Positions 17,721 to 27,798 are shown, numbered from the stretch's first letter. The stretch: 29,925 bases of DNA from an uncultured virus (IMG/VR IMGVR_UViG_2061766007_000116) (IMGVR_UViG_2061766007_000116), one strand, 5' to 3'. Numbers and translations: made by a program. The notes: generated by a model not told the origin, from the sequence alone.

Positions 17721-17929
17721 AGAATGAATCTGATGTAAGAGTTTGTAAGAATAAGAAGTGCCAGAAGGTTCTCCCTCCTGATTATAAGCATAAGTATTGT
17801 GAAGCATGCCGAAACAAGCATGCACAGACAGCCAAAAATATTCTGAAAGGAATAGGAGCTGGAGCAGCGACTGTAGCAAGTGTTGCTGTCGTTGTCGTTA
17901 CTGGTGGAAAGATCAATCCAAAGAAATGA
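17717..17929 (+). CDS. Small Cys4 (putative zinc-binding) protein with C-terminal hydrophobic helix
   Basis: CKNKKC...CEAC then GIGAGAATVASVAVVVVTGG; ATGA overlap and AGGAGG RBS inside the upstream gene. Confidence 0.75.
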   Translation: MKNESDVRVCKNKKCQKVLPPDYKHKYCEACRNKHAQTAKNILKGIGAGAATVASVAVVVVTGGKINPKK

Positions 17930-18061
17930 GGGTGTAAGCTATGGCGAATGGCAGATAGCACAGCCACTTTGCATTTTTGCAGATGTAAAAAAGCGGACGT
18001 CTTCCATGGATAGTCTGGATAATACATTAAAGAGAAATAATTCCGAGAGGGGATGATATTT

Positions 18062-19648
18062 ATGCCAACATTAGAATGGATTGGAAAGGATAAAGTGATC
18101 AATCATCACCAAGAAGTCCCCTTCCGGGTTTTAGAGAGAAAATATAGTTTTGATGAAAGTGGGAGGCATGAAGAGGACAACGGCAGTAGTAACATGATTA
18201 TCCATGGGGATAATCTGGAAGCCCTGAAGGCTCTTCTGCCCCGCTATGAAGGCCAGATCAAGTGCATATACATCGATCCACCATACAATACTGGAAATGA
18301 AGGATGGGTCTACAATGACAACGTAAATGACCCGAGGATCCGAAAATGGCTGGGTGAAGTTGTCGGTAAGGAAGGTGAAGACCTGAGCAGACATGACAAG
18401 TGGTTATGCATGATGTATCCCAGATTAAGGCTGCTTTATAAACTGCTTTCTGATGATGGTGCTATTTTTATAAGCATAGATGATAACGAGCAGGCAAATC
18501 TCAAATTGATTTGCGATGAAATATTCGGATCTTCTCGTTTTATAGCACAGATTGTCTGGCAGAAAAGAACATCTCCAGATGCAAGAAAAAGAATGAGTAA
18601 TGGACACGAATACATTCTCATTTATGTCAAGGATCCGGAGAATCTGGAACGCTGTATTAACCTGATCGATTTGGATGAAACGGATGCAGGAAAATATAAA
18701 AATCCGGATAATGACCCCAGGGGGCCTTGGGTGTCTGTTGATTTTACTGCACAGGGGTTTCGACCGAATCAAATGTATGAGATAACTACGCCGAGCGGTC
18801 GAACAATCGGGCCGCCGGAAGGACGTTGCTGGAAGAATTTAAAAGAGGTATTTGAACAGTATTATTCTGAAGGCCGTTTATGGTTTGGAAGCGATGGAAA
18901 TGGTGTTCCGAGGCAGAAAAACTATCTGTCAGAAAAAGAAGGAAAAACAGCATGGACATGGTGGACTAATGAAGAAGTTGGTCATACTCAGGAAGCAACG
19001 CAGGAATTAGCAGCACTGTTACAAAGAAAGGCGTTTGATTACCCAAAGCCTGTCCGACTGATACAACGTATTATTCAGATGGCGACACATCCGGACTCCA
19101 TAGTTTTAGATTCGTTTGCCGGATCAGGAACAACTGCGCATGCAGTATTAAAAATGAATAGCGATGATGGTGGAAATCGCAAATTCATAGCTGTGGAAAT
19201 GATGGATTATGCTGAAGACATTACTGCAGAACGCATCCGACGGGTCATTTCCGGTTATAGCAAAGGGAAAAAAGAAGTTGACGGAACCGGTGGAAGCTTC
19301 AGCTTCTATGAGCTAGGAGAGCCGCTGATGCTGGATGCGGAGTATCTGAATGAGAAGATAGGCAAGGATAAGATCCGGGAATATGTCTGGTACACGGAGA
19401 CGAGGCAGCCGTTGCCGGAAACAAGGCCGGAACACGGCTATCATTTGGGGACATTGAACCACACGGCATACTATTTTTACTATGAGCCGGGTCAGATGAC
19501 TGTTCTGGGATACGATTTCCTGTCCACAATCCGGGAGAAAGCAGAGAGCTATATTATCTATGCAGATCGGTGTGCCTTGAGTGCTCCAGAACTTATGCGG
19601 TTTGGCATTACTTTCAAGAAGATCCCTCGGGATATCACAAAGCTGTAG
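18062..19648 (+). CDS. mod: Type III restriction-modification methyltransferase (Mod, beta-class amino-MTase)
   Basis: MPTLEWIGK, IIHGDNLEALK, IYIDPPYNTG, WLCMMYPRL, PKPVRLI, LDSFAGSGTT. Confidence 0.93.
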   Translation: MPTLEWIGKDKVINHHQEVPFRVLERKYSFDESGRHEEDNGSSNMIIHGDNLEALKALLPRYEGQIKCIYIDPPYNTGNEGWVYNDNVNDPRIRKWLGEVVGKEGEDLSRHDKWLCMMYPRLRLLYKLLSDDGAIFISIDDNEQANLKLICDEIFGSSRFIAQIVWQKRTSPDARKRMSNGHEYILIYVKDPENLERCINLIDLDETDAGKYKNPDNDPRGPWVSVDFTAQGFRPNQMYEITTPSGRTIGPPEGRCWKNLKEVFEQYYSEGRLWFGSDGNGVPRQKNYLSEKEGKTAWTWWTNEEVGHTQEATQELAALLQRKAFDYPKPVRLIQRIIQMATHPDSIVLDSFAGSGTTAHAVLKMNSDDGGNRKFIAVEMMDYAEDITAERIRRVISGYSKGKKEVDGTGGSFSFYELGEPLMLDAEYLNEKIGKDKIREYVWYTETRQPLPETRPEHGYHLGTLNHTAYYFYYEPGQMTVLGYDFLSTIREKAESYIIYADRCALSAPELMRFGITFKKIPRDITKL

Positions 19649-19661
19649 GGAGGCGGGTGAG

Positions 19662-20512
19662 ATGGAATTAAAGAATTATCAAAAGAATGTGATCTCCGAT
19701 TTGACCCGTTATCTGGAGCTGTTGAACGAAACCGGGAATATTGGGACGGCCTATCGGAAGCTATGGGAAGAAAAGAACGTGCCGGTGGGGTTCGGAGGGG
19801 TTCCTGCATACCAGAACATTCTTCCCGGTGTCCCGGATCTTTGTTTCAAAGTGCCGACCGGCGGTGGGAAGACGTTTCTGGCCTGCAATGCGATCAAGCC
19901 CGTATTTGTCGCCCTTCCCCAGACAAAGATAAGGGCAGTCGTTTGGTTGGTTCCTTCTGACGCTATCTTGGAACAGACGCTTGCAGCGCTCCGGAATCCA
20001 GCTCACCCCTATCGCCAGAAGCTGGATACGGATTTTGGCGGACGCGTGGAAATCTATACGAAGCAGGAGCTTCTTGCCGGACAGAACTTCAACATCACTT
20101 CTGTTACGGAACAGCTTTCGGTTATGGTACTTTCCTACGATTCCTTCCGCGGTAGAAAGGAAGCACTGAAGGCACGCCAAGAGAACAGTTCTCTTGCACC
20201 TATGTCAAAAGCACTGGGCACTCCTGCATATCCTATTGAGGAAGCAGATGAAACCGCCCTCCTACAGGTGATCAATCAGCTTTCCCCGCTGGTCATTGTG
20301 GACGAAAGTCACCATGCCAGAAGCACGCTCAGCCGTAAGATGTTAAAAGATTTTAATCCGTGTTTTGTCCTTGACTTGACGGCGACGCCTACAAAGGAGA
20401 GCAATATCATTTCATTTGTGGATGCTGTCCAGCTAAAGAGGGAAAACATGGTCAAGCTGCCGGTGGTCGTTTACAACCGTTCTTCCCAGCAGGAAGTCGT
20501 GGCAGATGCGAT
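19662..20512 (+). CDS. res: Type III restriction helicase (Res), 5' fragment, allele A, cut by gap
   Basis: MELKNYQ, KVPTGGGKT, IVDESHH, LTATP; ends at N gap 20513-20522. Confidence 0.88.
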
Positions 20513-20522
20513 NNNNNNNNNN

Positions 20523-20734
20523 ACTATCAGCTGGGGGCATTAAACCACACGGCTTACTATTTCTATTATGAGCCGGATCAGATGACTGTTCTGGGATATG
20601 ACTTTCTATCCACAATCAGGGAGAAGGCAGAAAGCTATATTATATATGCGGATCGCTGTGCCTTGAGTGATGCAGAGCTTATGCGTTTTGGCATTACTTT
20701 CAAGAAGATCCCTCGGGATATTACGAGGCTGTAA
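20523..20734 (+). CDS. mod: 3' fragment of a second mod allele
   Basis: Translates to YQLGALNHTAYYFYYEPDQMTVLGYDFLSTIREKAESYIIYADRC...KKIPRDITRL*, near-identical to the end of 18062-19648. Confidence 0.85.
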
Positions 20735-20747
20735 GGGGGCGGGCGAA

Positions 20748-23280
20748 ATGGAATTAAAGAATTATCAAAAGAACGTAATTTCCGATTTGACCCGTTATCT
20801 GGAACTGCTGAATGAGACCGGGAATATCGGGACGGCCTATCGGAAGCTGTGGGAAAAAAAGAACGTGCCGGTGGGGTTCGGCGGGATTCCGGCATATCAG
20901 AACATCCTTCCCGGCGTCCCGGATCTTTGTTTCAAAGTTCCAACCGGCGGCGGGAAGACATTTCTGGCCTGTAACGCGATCAAGCCTGTATTTGGTGCCC
21001 TTCCCCAGACAAAGATAAAGTCAGTTGTATGGCTGGTTCCTTCCGATGCCATCCTGGAACAGACGCTTGCGGCACTTCGGAATCCGGCTCACCCTTATCG
21101 CCAGAAGCTGGATACGGATTTCGGGGGGCGTGTGGAAATCTATACAAAGCAGGAACTTCTTGCCGGACAGAACTTCAACATCACTTCTGTCACAGAGCAA
21201 CTTTCGGTAATGGTGCTCTCTTACGACTCCTTCCGAGGCAGAAAGGAAGCGCTGAAGGCGCGGCAGGAAAACAGCTCCCTTGCGCCAATGGCAAAGGCGT
21301 TGGGTACGCCTGCATATCCGATTGAGGAAGCAGATGAAACTGCCCTTCTGCAGGTGATCAACCAGCTTTCGCCGTTGGTCATCGTAGATGAAAGCCATCA
21401 TGCTAGAAGCACGCTCAGCCGCAAGATGCTGAAAGACTTTAATCCGTGTTTTGTACTTGACCTGACGGCGACTCCCACAAAGGAGAGCAATATCATCTCT
21501 TTCGTGGATGCTGTCCAGCTGAAGCGGGAAAATATGGTTAAGCTGCCCGTGGTCGTTTACAACCGTTCTTCCCAGCAGGAAGTCGTGGCAGATGCGATTG
21601 ATCTTCGGAATCATCTGGAGCAGCAGGCAATCACAGAAGAAAAAAATGGCGGTTCTTATATTCGCCCGATCGTGCTCTTCCAGGCACAACCCAAGGGAAA
21701 GGAAGACAGCACAACTTTTGAAAAGCTTCGCGGAAAACTGGTGGAAGCCGGTATTCCGGCAGAGGAAATCGCGATCAAGACGGCGGATGTCAATGAATTG
21801 AAGGGTATAGATTTACTTGACCGAGGTTGCAGGATCCGGTACATCATCACGGTAAATGCGCTGAAAGAAGGATGGGACTGCCCGTTCGCTTATATTCTTG
21901 CATCCCTTGCAAATAAGACCAGTCAGGTAGATGTGGAACAGATACTGGGCAGGATCCTGCGTCAGCCGCATACCAGGAGAATGGGACAGGCAGCTCTGAA
22001 CATGTCTTATGTGCTGACATCTTCCAGGGATTTCAAAGAAACGCTGGACGGGATCGTTCGCGGCCTGAACAGTGCCGGGTTCTCCGGTAAAGACTGCCGG
22101 GTGGCTGTGGAAGAAGACAAATCAACATATCAGTATCCTGAATATCGTCAGGCATCTTTTCTTCGGGAAGAGCCGTCAGATTATGGTGATTCCAAAGAAC
22201 AGGAAGCCTCACCTGAGATAGAACAGGAGGAGTTTCTTGACTTTGATGCGAGGCTGCTTTCGCAAACGCTTGAAGCGAGAGAGCAATCATCAGAAGAAAG
22301 TACGACGGAAGGGAAAGAAACACATGGCGGTACTGCTTCTGTAATGATTGCTGTCGCAGAAAAGGAAGGAGCGTCTTTTGAGGCTGCTATGCAGCAAAAC
22401 GAAATGAATAGCGGCATCAGTGATATCCCAGTGGAGATACAGGATAAGATGACGTATTTCCATATCAATCCGGAATTCAAACAGGAAGCAAAAAGTTTGA
22501 TTCTTCCGCAGTTCTTTATGAAAGTGCCAAACAGCATTTTCGCTGACGGATATACAGTTCTGCTCCAGAAGGAGCATTTGGCCGAAGGGTTTACACTGAA
22601 AGGCAAGGGCTATGATATTGACTTTGACCGGGCTGATGATGAAATTGTCAAGGTGGATATCAGCGATAAAGAGGGGAGCACACCGAAAGTCTTTAAGATG
22701 TCGGAAACGGACCAAAGATATTTTAAGGAACAGTTTTCCAGGTTTTCACCGGAACAGAAGGTGCGTACCTGCAAAGATATTATACACAGGTCCCTTACCA
22801 GGATGGATATGATCGATGACGGCGAACTTCGCAACTATATTGACCGCATTGTGGATGATATGGACAGGGAAACGTTAGCCGCATTAGAACAGGCACCTCA
22901 GGGATTTGCATACCGGATTAGAAAGTATGTGGAGGCCCTGTTGGATGCGCATTACCTGAAAACATTCCTGAACTGGATTGAAATCGAACGTATCATTGTA
23001 GAGCCGTATTATAAGTTGCCGGATGCAATTGGGCCGCTCCGGACCACAAACACGTTTGGGAAGAGCCTTTATCAGGCAGAGGAAGAAGTCAATGGTTTTG
23101 AGTATGACATGGTAATGGCTCTTACGGCCATGCCTAACGTCCGCTGGTGGCACAGGAATATCTCCCGCCAGGGNNNNNNNNNNTAGCTTCCGATATTATA
23201 TGGTTTTCCAGAGTAAAGACTTGAACTTGAACGGAGCAATACAGTTCGATAAGTTCTGTGAGCTCATGAAAAACCTGTAA
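20748..23280 (+). CDS. res: Type III restriction helicase/endonuclease (Res), allele B, with internal gap
   Basis: SF2 motifs KVPTGGGKT, DESHH, LKEGWDC, EQILGRILRQP, then VRWWHRN. After gap 23174-23183 a plausible C-terminus reads SFRYYMVFQSKDLNLNGAIQFDKFCELMKNL* ending at 23280. Confidence 0.9.
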
Positions 23281-23292
23281 AGGGTGGTTATT

Positions 23293-24369
23293 ATGAAATC
23301 TGACAAGGACATCAAAAAAGATCCATTTGAAGAGTACCTTCGAGAATCGGAGCCAACCCACAGAGAGTCTGTGTATTATTGGCAGACAGCCATTGGTTTG
23401 CAAGCCGTTGATGGGCTGGAAACATCGGATTATTTGAAGGAGACGGCAAAAAGCAGCATAGAGGGCAGCATCTCCATAGAGAAAGCGCAGGAACTGATTG
23501 AGTCGTATTATCGTGAAAACCCGAAATCGTCCGATAACAGAACGGAGGAGGCAGACAAGGTTTCCGCAAGAATCGCCGCGGTTCTGGCAGAAAAAGCCTT
23601 CACCTTCTCTCCTACCCAGTATTTATCCATACACCAGCGTTTGTTTGAAGGGATTTATTCACACGCAGGAAGGATCCGTGATTACAATATCACGAAAAAC
23701 GAATGGGTTCTTGATGGGGATACGGTTCTTTACGGCGGGGCAACTGAACTTCGGGCCACCCTTGAATATGACCTGTCCCAGGAGAAGGAATTTAATTATG
23801 CAGGCCTGACTATGCAGGAAGTGATCCGGCATCTGGCGAGATTTATTTCCAGATTGTGGCAGATTCATGTATTCGGTGAGGGGAATACAAGGACAACGGC
23901 GGTCTTCTTTATCAAATACCTCCGTTCCTTAGGCTTTGATGTTACGAACGATATCTTTGCGAAGAACGCCTGGTATTTCCGGAATGCCATGGTTCGGGCG
24001 AATTATACGAACCTTCAGAAGGGCGTGCATGAAACAACAAAATATCTGGAAGTGTTTCTCCGTAATCTTCTTCTGGGGGAAAACACACCGCTTCATAACC
24101 GAGATATGCACATCAGCGGAATATTACATTCCGATAAGGTCAATGCTGACCCATTAAATGGCCCAATAAATGACCCAATAAAACTGACTGAACGTGAAAA
24201 ACAACTGCTTCAGCTTTTACGGGAATCTCCGGATCTTACCCGGAAAGTGCTTGCTGAAAAGCTTGGGTGCTCAGACAGCACAGTTAAGAGGGAACTGCAG
24301 TTGCTTTCGGAGAAAGGGGTTCTCCGGCGGATTGGCTCTAAAAAAACGGGCGTATGGGTCATTAACTGA
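23293..24369 (+). CDS. Fic-domain protein with N-terminal VbhA-like inhibitory helix and C-terminal winged HTH
   Basis: AIGLQAVDGL, IHQRLF...AGRIRDYNITK, Fic motif variant HVFGEGNTRTT, C-terminal LTRKVLAEKLGCSDSTVKRELQLL..KG.L.RIGSKKTG.W. Confidence 0.92.
   Translation: MKSDKDIKKDPFEEYLRESEPTHRESVYYWQTAIGLQAVDGLETSDYLKETAKSSIEGSISIEKAQELIESYYRENPKSSDNRTEEADKVSARIAAVLAEKAFTFSPTQYLSIHQRLFEGIYSHAGRIRDYNITKNEWVLDGDTVLYGGATELRATLEYDLSQEKEFNYAGLTMQEVIRHLARFISRLWQIHVFGEGNTRTTAVFFIKYLRSLGFDVTNDIFAKNAWYFRNAMVRANYTNLQKGVHETTKYLEVFLRNLLLGENTPLHNRDMHISGILHSDKVNADPLNGPINDPIKLTEREKQLLQLLRESPDLTRKVLAEKLGCSDSTVKRELQLLSEKGVLRRIGSKKTGVWVIN
24147..24182 (+). repeat. Three tandem 12-bp in-frame repeats in the Fic-HTH linker
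   Basis: tgacccattaaa / tggcccaataaa / tgacccaataaa, encoding DPLN-GPIN-DPIK. Confidence 0.7.
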
Positions 24370-24517
24370 CAGGAATAGCACAAGGTTCAGAAACGAACAG
24401 GTAACGTATAGGGTATAGGATGTTTTTATGAAACCATAATAGTAAGATGTGATGGCAGGCGGAATGCAATCGATCCGTTCACCACCCGACTCATTATACA
24501 AACTGATTACGATTCCG

Positions 24518-24563
24518 AAAGCCATTTGTGGCAGGAAACCTGTCCTGCTGCAAGTGGCTTTTT
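24518..24563 (+). terminator. Long intrinsic terminator
   Basis: 19-bp stem aaagccatttgtggcagga / tcctgctgcaagtggcttt with three G-U pairs, ending in a T-run. Confidence 0.75.
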
Positions 24564-24727
24564 AACGTTAAACCACAGAATAAAGTTAATAAAACTGCTG
24601 ACAGCATAAAAAATTTTTGTCGACTTCGCCATAAGCAGATAACTTCACTTCTGGATTATCGAAGCTTTTTCGAGGAGTTTGTATAATGAAAATGACAAAG
24701 AAGACTTTCGGGGAGGAGGTGGTTGCC

Positions 24728-25105
24728 GTGCCAACAGAGGTTGCGCTTGAGCGTGCTCAGACACTTGGTTCCAGGATCAGGGCTGTCCGGAAGCACAAGA
24801 ATATCAAGCAAAAAGATCTCGCAATTCGTATCGGTTGTAACAGCAGCCATCTCAGTGATATAGAATCGGACAAGAAACTTCCTTCGCTGGATAAGCTGAA
24901 ACTTATCAGCGAGGAATTGGATACCACGGTGGATTTCTTTCTATTGGATTCCCCTCATTCCTGTAAGTCTTATCTCAGGGATGATGAACTTGGCTCGATT
25001 GTGGAACGCTGCAATACCAGTACTTTAAGACGGATTGTCCATGTTGCACAGCTGTTCCTGGAGGAACAACAGGAGTACGAGAAAAGATTGTCACAATACG
25101 AGTAA
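24728..25105 (+). CDS. XRE-family HTH regulator (alternative start 24686)
   Basis: LGSRIRAVRKHKNIKQKDLA.RIG..SSHLSDIESDKKLPSL..L..IS.EL.TTVDFFL; GTG 24728 follows GGAGGTGG, and TATAAT lies at 24682-24687. Confidence 0.88.
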   Translation: MPTEVALERAQTLGSRIRAVRKHKNIKQKDLAIRIGCNSSHLSDIESDKKLPSLDKLKLISEELDTTVDFFLLDSPHSCKSYLRDDELGSIVERCNTSTLRRIVHVAQLFLEEQQEYEKRLSQYE

Positions 25106-25179
25106 GGCTGGAATAATAGCATAAAGGGATCCAGGCCTGTCATGATAAATTGGCAGCCAAAGATCAAACGAGTGATGTG

Positions 25180-25225
25180 GGCCGCAGGCTGCCGGAAAAT
25201 GACAAGGCAGCCCTGCGGCCTTTTT
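25180..25225 (+). terminator. Intrinsic terminator between the XRE and the GAF-BTAD gene
   Basis: ggccgcagg-ctgcc ... ggcag-ccctgcggcc stem followed by TTTTT. Confidence 0.75.
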
Positions 25226-25273
25226 CTATCTGTTGGATGGCTGGCACGGATGATTAAACAAGGGGTGGTGGAG

Positions 25274-25446
25274 ATGTTAGAGAAAATCTTTACATGGGGG
25301 AAACGGAAGGAGGAGCCTCCGGATCCACAGCAAATACCGGGAAATTACCGTATGATTACGGAGGAAGAATATCAGCGGTACGTGTTTGAGGATGAGCTTT
25401 TCAAAATCATTGTGGAAACGGAAGCAGCCTTGCACAACATTGAAGA
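25274..25446 (+). CDS. 5' fragment of the GAF-wHTH-BTAD regulator (one allele)
   Basis: MLEKIFTWGKRKEEPP... near-identical to the ORF starting at 25588; cut by gap 25447-25456. Confidence 0.8.
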
Positions 25447-25456
25447 NNNNNNNNNN

Positions 25457-25557
25457 TTGGAGGAACAACAGGAGTACGAGAAAAGATTGTCACAATACGA
25501 GTAAGGTTGGAATAATAGCATAAAGGGATCCAGGCCTGTCATGATAAATTGGCAGCC
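25457..25557 (+). repeat. Second-allele copy of the XRE 3' end and following intergenic DNA
   Basis: Nearly identical to about 25058-25158; flanked by 10-N gaps on both sides. Confidence 0.85.
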
Positions 25558-25587
25558 NNNNNNNNNNTTAAACGAGGGGTGGTGGAA

Positions 25588-26348
25588 ATGTTAGAGAAAA
25601 TCTTTACATGGGGGAAACGGAAGGAGGAACCTCCGGACTTGCAGCAAATACAGGGAAATTACCGCACGATTACGGAGGAAGAATATCAGCGGTATGTGTT
25701 TGAGGATGAACTTTTCAAAATCATTGTGGAAACGGAAGCAGCCTTGCACAACATTGAAGATCCCATAGAAATTGCGGTTGGTGTTATGAAAGCAGCCTGC
25801 AAATTCTATGGCGCTGATTGGTGCGGTATATTGATCGCTGATCTTCGCTCACAATTATGGCGTCCCGAGATGTGGTACGATGTGGAGACCGGTCCCATGA
25901 AGGAGACTCTGTTTCATGAATTTGAAATGACGGACGAGTTCGTTACATGGGCGGAGCACCTGGTTAGTCAGAAACCCATGATCGTTCCGGATACAGAGGC
26001 AATACGGGATACCAATCCAAAAGAATATGAAGCATATCAAAGGCTACAGACCAGGGCAGTAATTGGTGTTCCCTTTGGCCAGCATCCCCTGGGGTATATG
26101 GTCGTAAGAAATCCGATCCGCAATATCTCCCAGCCTGAACCTCTTCAGCTGGCCTGTTTCGTAGCCATGATGATGGTGCTTCAGAAACGCCGCCTGGAAG
26201 CTGAACGACGATATATTTCAGATGATACGCCGGAGGATGGAAGGCTGAAGATACGCTATAACATCCTCGGGCAGCATAGCATGGAGATAAATGGAAGGCG
26301 CATCCGTGAGCAGGATCTTGCGCATCCAAACCGCCGGGGATGGGTGAT
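25588..26348 (+). CDS. GAF-wHTH-BTAD regulator, N-terminal GAF-like half (cut by gap)
   Basis: ACKFYGADWCGIL...KPMIVPDTEAIR...EYEAYQRLQTRAVIGVPF....GYMVVRNP (GAF-like), then IRYNILGQHSMEING, typical of the start of a SARP DNA-binding domain. Confidence 0.8.
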
Positions 26349-26684
26349 NNNNNNNNNNNNNNNNNNNNNNNNNNNNNNNNNNNNNNNNNNNNNNNNNNNN
26401 NNNNNNNNNNNNNNNNNNNNNNNNNNNNNNNNNNNNNNNNNNNNNNNNNNNNNNNNNNNNNNNNNNNNNNNNNNNNNNNNNNNNNNNNNNNNNNNNNNNN
26501 NNNNNNNNNNNNNNNNNNNNNNNNNNNNNNNNNNNNNNNNNNNNNNNNNNNNNNNNNNNNNNNNNNNNNNNNNNNNNNNNNNNNNNNNNNNNNNNNNNNN
26601 NNNNNNNNNNNNNNNNNNNNNNNNNNNNNNNNNNNNNNNNNNNNNNNNNNNNNNNNNNNNNNNNNNNNNNNNNNNNAATTTCAA

Positions 26685-26741
26685 TGTAACAGGATTGTCA
26701 CAACCCCTGTAGCAGGCCCTGTCACAGCCGCCCATTAGAGT
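26685..26741 (+). promoter_or_regulatory. Four heptamer direct repeats plus -10 element (activator-dependent promoter candidate)
   Basis: TGTAACA 26685, TGTCACA 26696, TGTAGCA 26708, TGTCACA 26720; TAGAGT at 26736-26741; no -35 consensus. Confidence 0.65.
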
Positions 26742-26814
26742 GTGCGATGCAAAAGCAATAAGACATTGTATACGAAATGGACGGGTGACAGAAATTGGAA
26801 CAGGAACATCAATC

Positions 26815-26867
26815 GGAGGCGGTTGCTTTTGCGGGAAACTGCAGATGCAGCCGCCTCTTATTTTTTT
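26815..26867 (+). terminator. Terminator/attenuator hairpin upstream of the XRE gene
   Basis: gaggcggttgc...gcagccgcctc stem followed by a T7 run; conserved in the second allele. Confidence 0.75.
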
Positions 26868-26961
26868 GCGAAAAGAAAGGTTTTTCACGCCATGGGTGCC
26901 GCTCTCCTCCGGATCTGGAATTTGCTCAATCAACAAATTTCAGAATTCGGAGGAAAAATTA

Positions 26962-27249
26962 ATGAGATTCGATGTGGAAGCCTGCGGAGCCAGGATCAAA
27001 GAGCTCCGTCTAAAGAAGGGATTGACACAGGAAAAGATGGCAGCCGCTTTAAACATAACGGATAGCCATCTGCGCCGTCTTGAGAATGGAAGCAGAGCCG
27101 GATCGGTAGATATTCTTATTGACATGGCAGAGCTTTTTAATGTGACGCTGGACTATCTCATTCTTGGGAAAACAGATCAGGCAGATCAGGCTAAGCTGGA
27201 GCTGGAGCAGGTACAGATGCATCTGGAAAGACTTGCTTCACTGCTGTGA
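26962..27249 (+). CDS. XRE-family HTH regulator (95 aa)
   Basis: CGARIKELRLKKGLTQEKMAAALNIT.SHLRRLENG.R..S..IL..MAELFNVTLDYLILG; GGAGG RBS before ATG 26962. Confidence 0.9.
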   Translation: MRFDVEACGARIKELRLKKGLTQEKMAAALNITDSHLRRLENGSRAGSVDILIDMAELFNVTLDYLILGKTDQADQAKLELEQVQMHLERLASLL

Positions 27250-27259
27250 AAAACGAACA

Positions 27260-27297
27260 GTGCCTAATTGGTACGGAAAACTGAGCCTGACAGGCAC
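27260..27297. promoter_or_regulatory. Pair of imperfect palindromes, consensus GTGCC-N5-GGCAC
   Basis: gtgcc-taatt-ggtac (27260-27274) and gagcc-tgaca-ggcac (27283-27297); identical in the other allele at 28672-28709; TACACT -10 candidate at 27321-27326. Confidence 0.55.
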
Positions 27298-27356
27298 TAA
27301 AAAGAAAGAGCGCATCTTATTACACTAACTTCAGAGCAGCGAAATTGCTGCCATGC

Positions 27357-27375
27357 GTACTTTGAAAACTGAATA
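27357..27375 (+). promoter_or_regulatory. boxA-like antitermination motif
   Basis: GTACTTTGAAAACTGAATA resembles the Firmicutes rrn leader boxA (GTTCTTTGAAAACT). Confidence 0.45.
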
Positions 27376-27468
27376 TACATTTCATCAGGCACATTCTGAT
27401 TCTTGATTTTCCCAGAGAGCCTTTGAGGGGTTCGCCATGATCGGACGGATACTGCAGNNNNNNNNNNT

Positions 27469-27798
27469 CTGTTTAAGCTGGGAGAACTGGATATGGGTTC
27501 CTGGCTGATTCCTTATACGACACATTATAATCAGGTGTTCATTGACATTGCGAGAGAACTTCTGGTCATGCTTGGACACAGTAGGGATTATCACAGAGTA
27601 ATTGAGTATGCCTCCCGTGCATTGAGCCTTGAACCGGGAATACAAGATGCATATTACTGGATCTCGATTGCTGCCGAAGCAACCGGAAACAGCATGATGA
27701 AAGAACGTTACGATCAGATGGCCAGGGATGAACTGGCGGAGGAAGAATATCAAAAAGTACAGAATTTGCTGGGACTGCGAACACATATAAAAGAATGA
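27469..27798 (+). CDS. GAF-wHTH-BTAD regulator, C-terminal BTAD/TPR fragment
   Basis: LFKLGELDMGSWL...RVIEYASRALSLEPGIQDAYYW...LRTHIKE*; overlaps the sequence of 29717-29925. Confidence 0.8.
   Translation: MFKLGELDMGSWLIPYTTHYNQVFIDIARELLVMLGHSRDYHRVIEYASRALSLEPGIQDAYYWISIAAEATGNSMMKERYDQMARDELAEEEYQKVQNLLGLRTHIKE

Noticed and set aside
18062..19648. Phase-variable simple-sequence repeat in mod
   Set aside because: No tandem repeat tract or long homopolymer is visible in the gene or its leader.
19662..21600. Genuine tandem duplication or shuffling of type III res/mod
   Set aside because: The copies are separated by a 10-N gap and the same two-allele pattern recurs through 25-30 kb; an assembly artefact is more parsimonious.
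25106..25225. SAM-I-like riboswitch ahead of the GAF-BTAD gene
   Set aside because: Only superficial similarity (AAGGGA...GGCAGCC); the conserved AUC..GAU P1 core is not evident. Kept as a terminator only.
26740..26961. N-terminal extension of the XRE, or a 107-aa leader ORF
   Set aside because: Crosses a terminator hairpin and lacks an RBS; the GGAGG RBS sits before ATG 26962.
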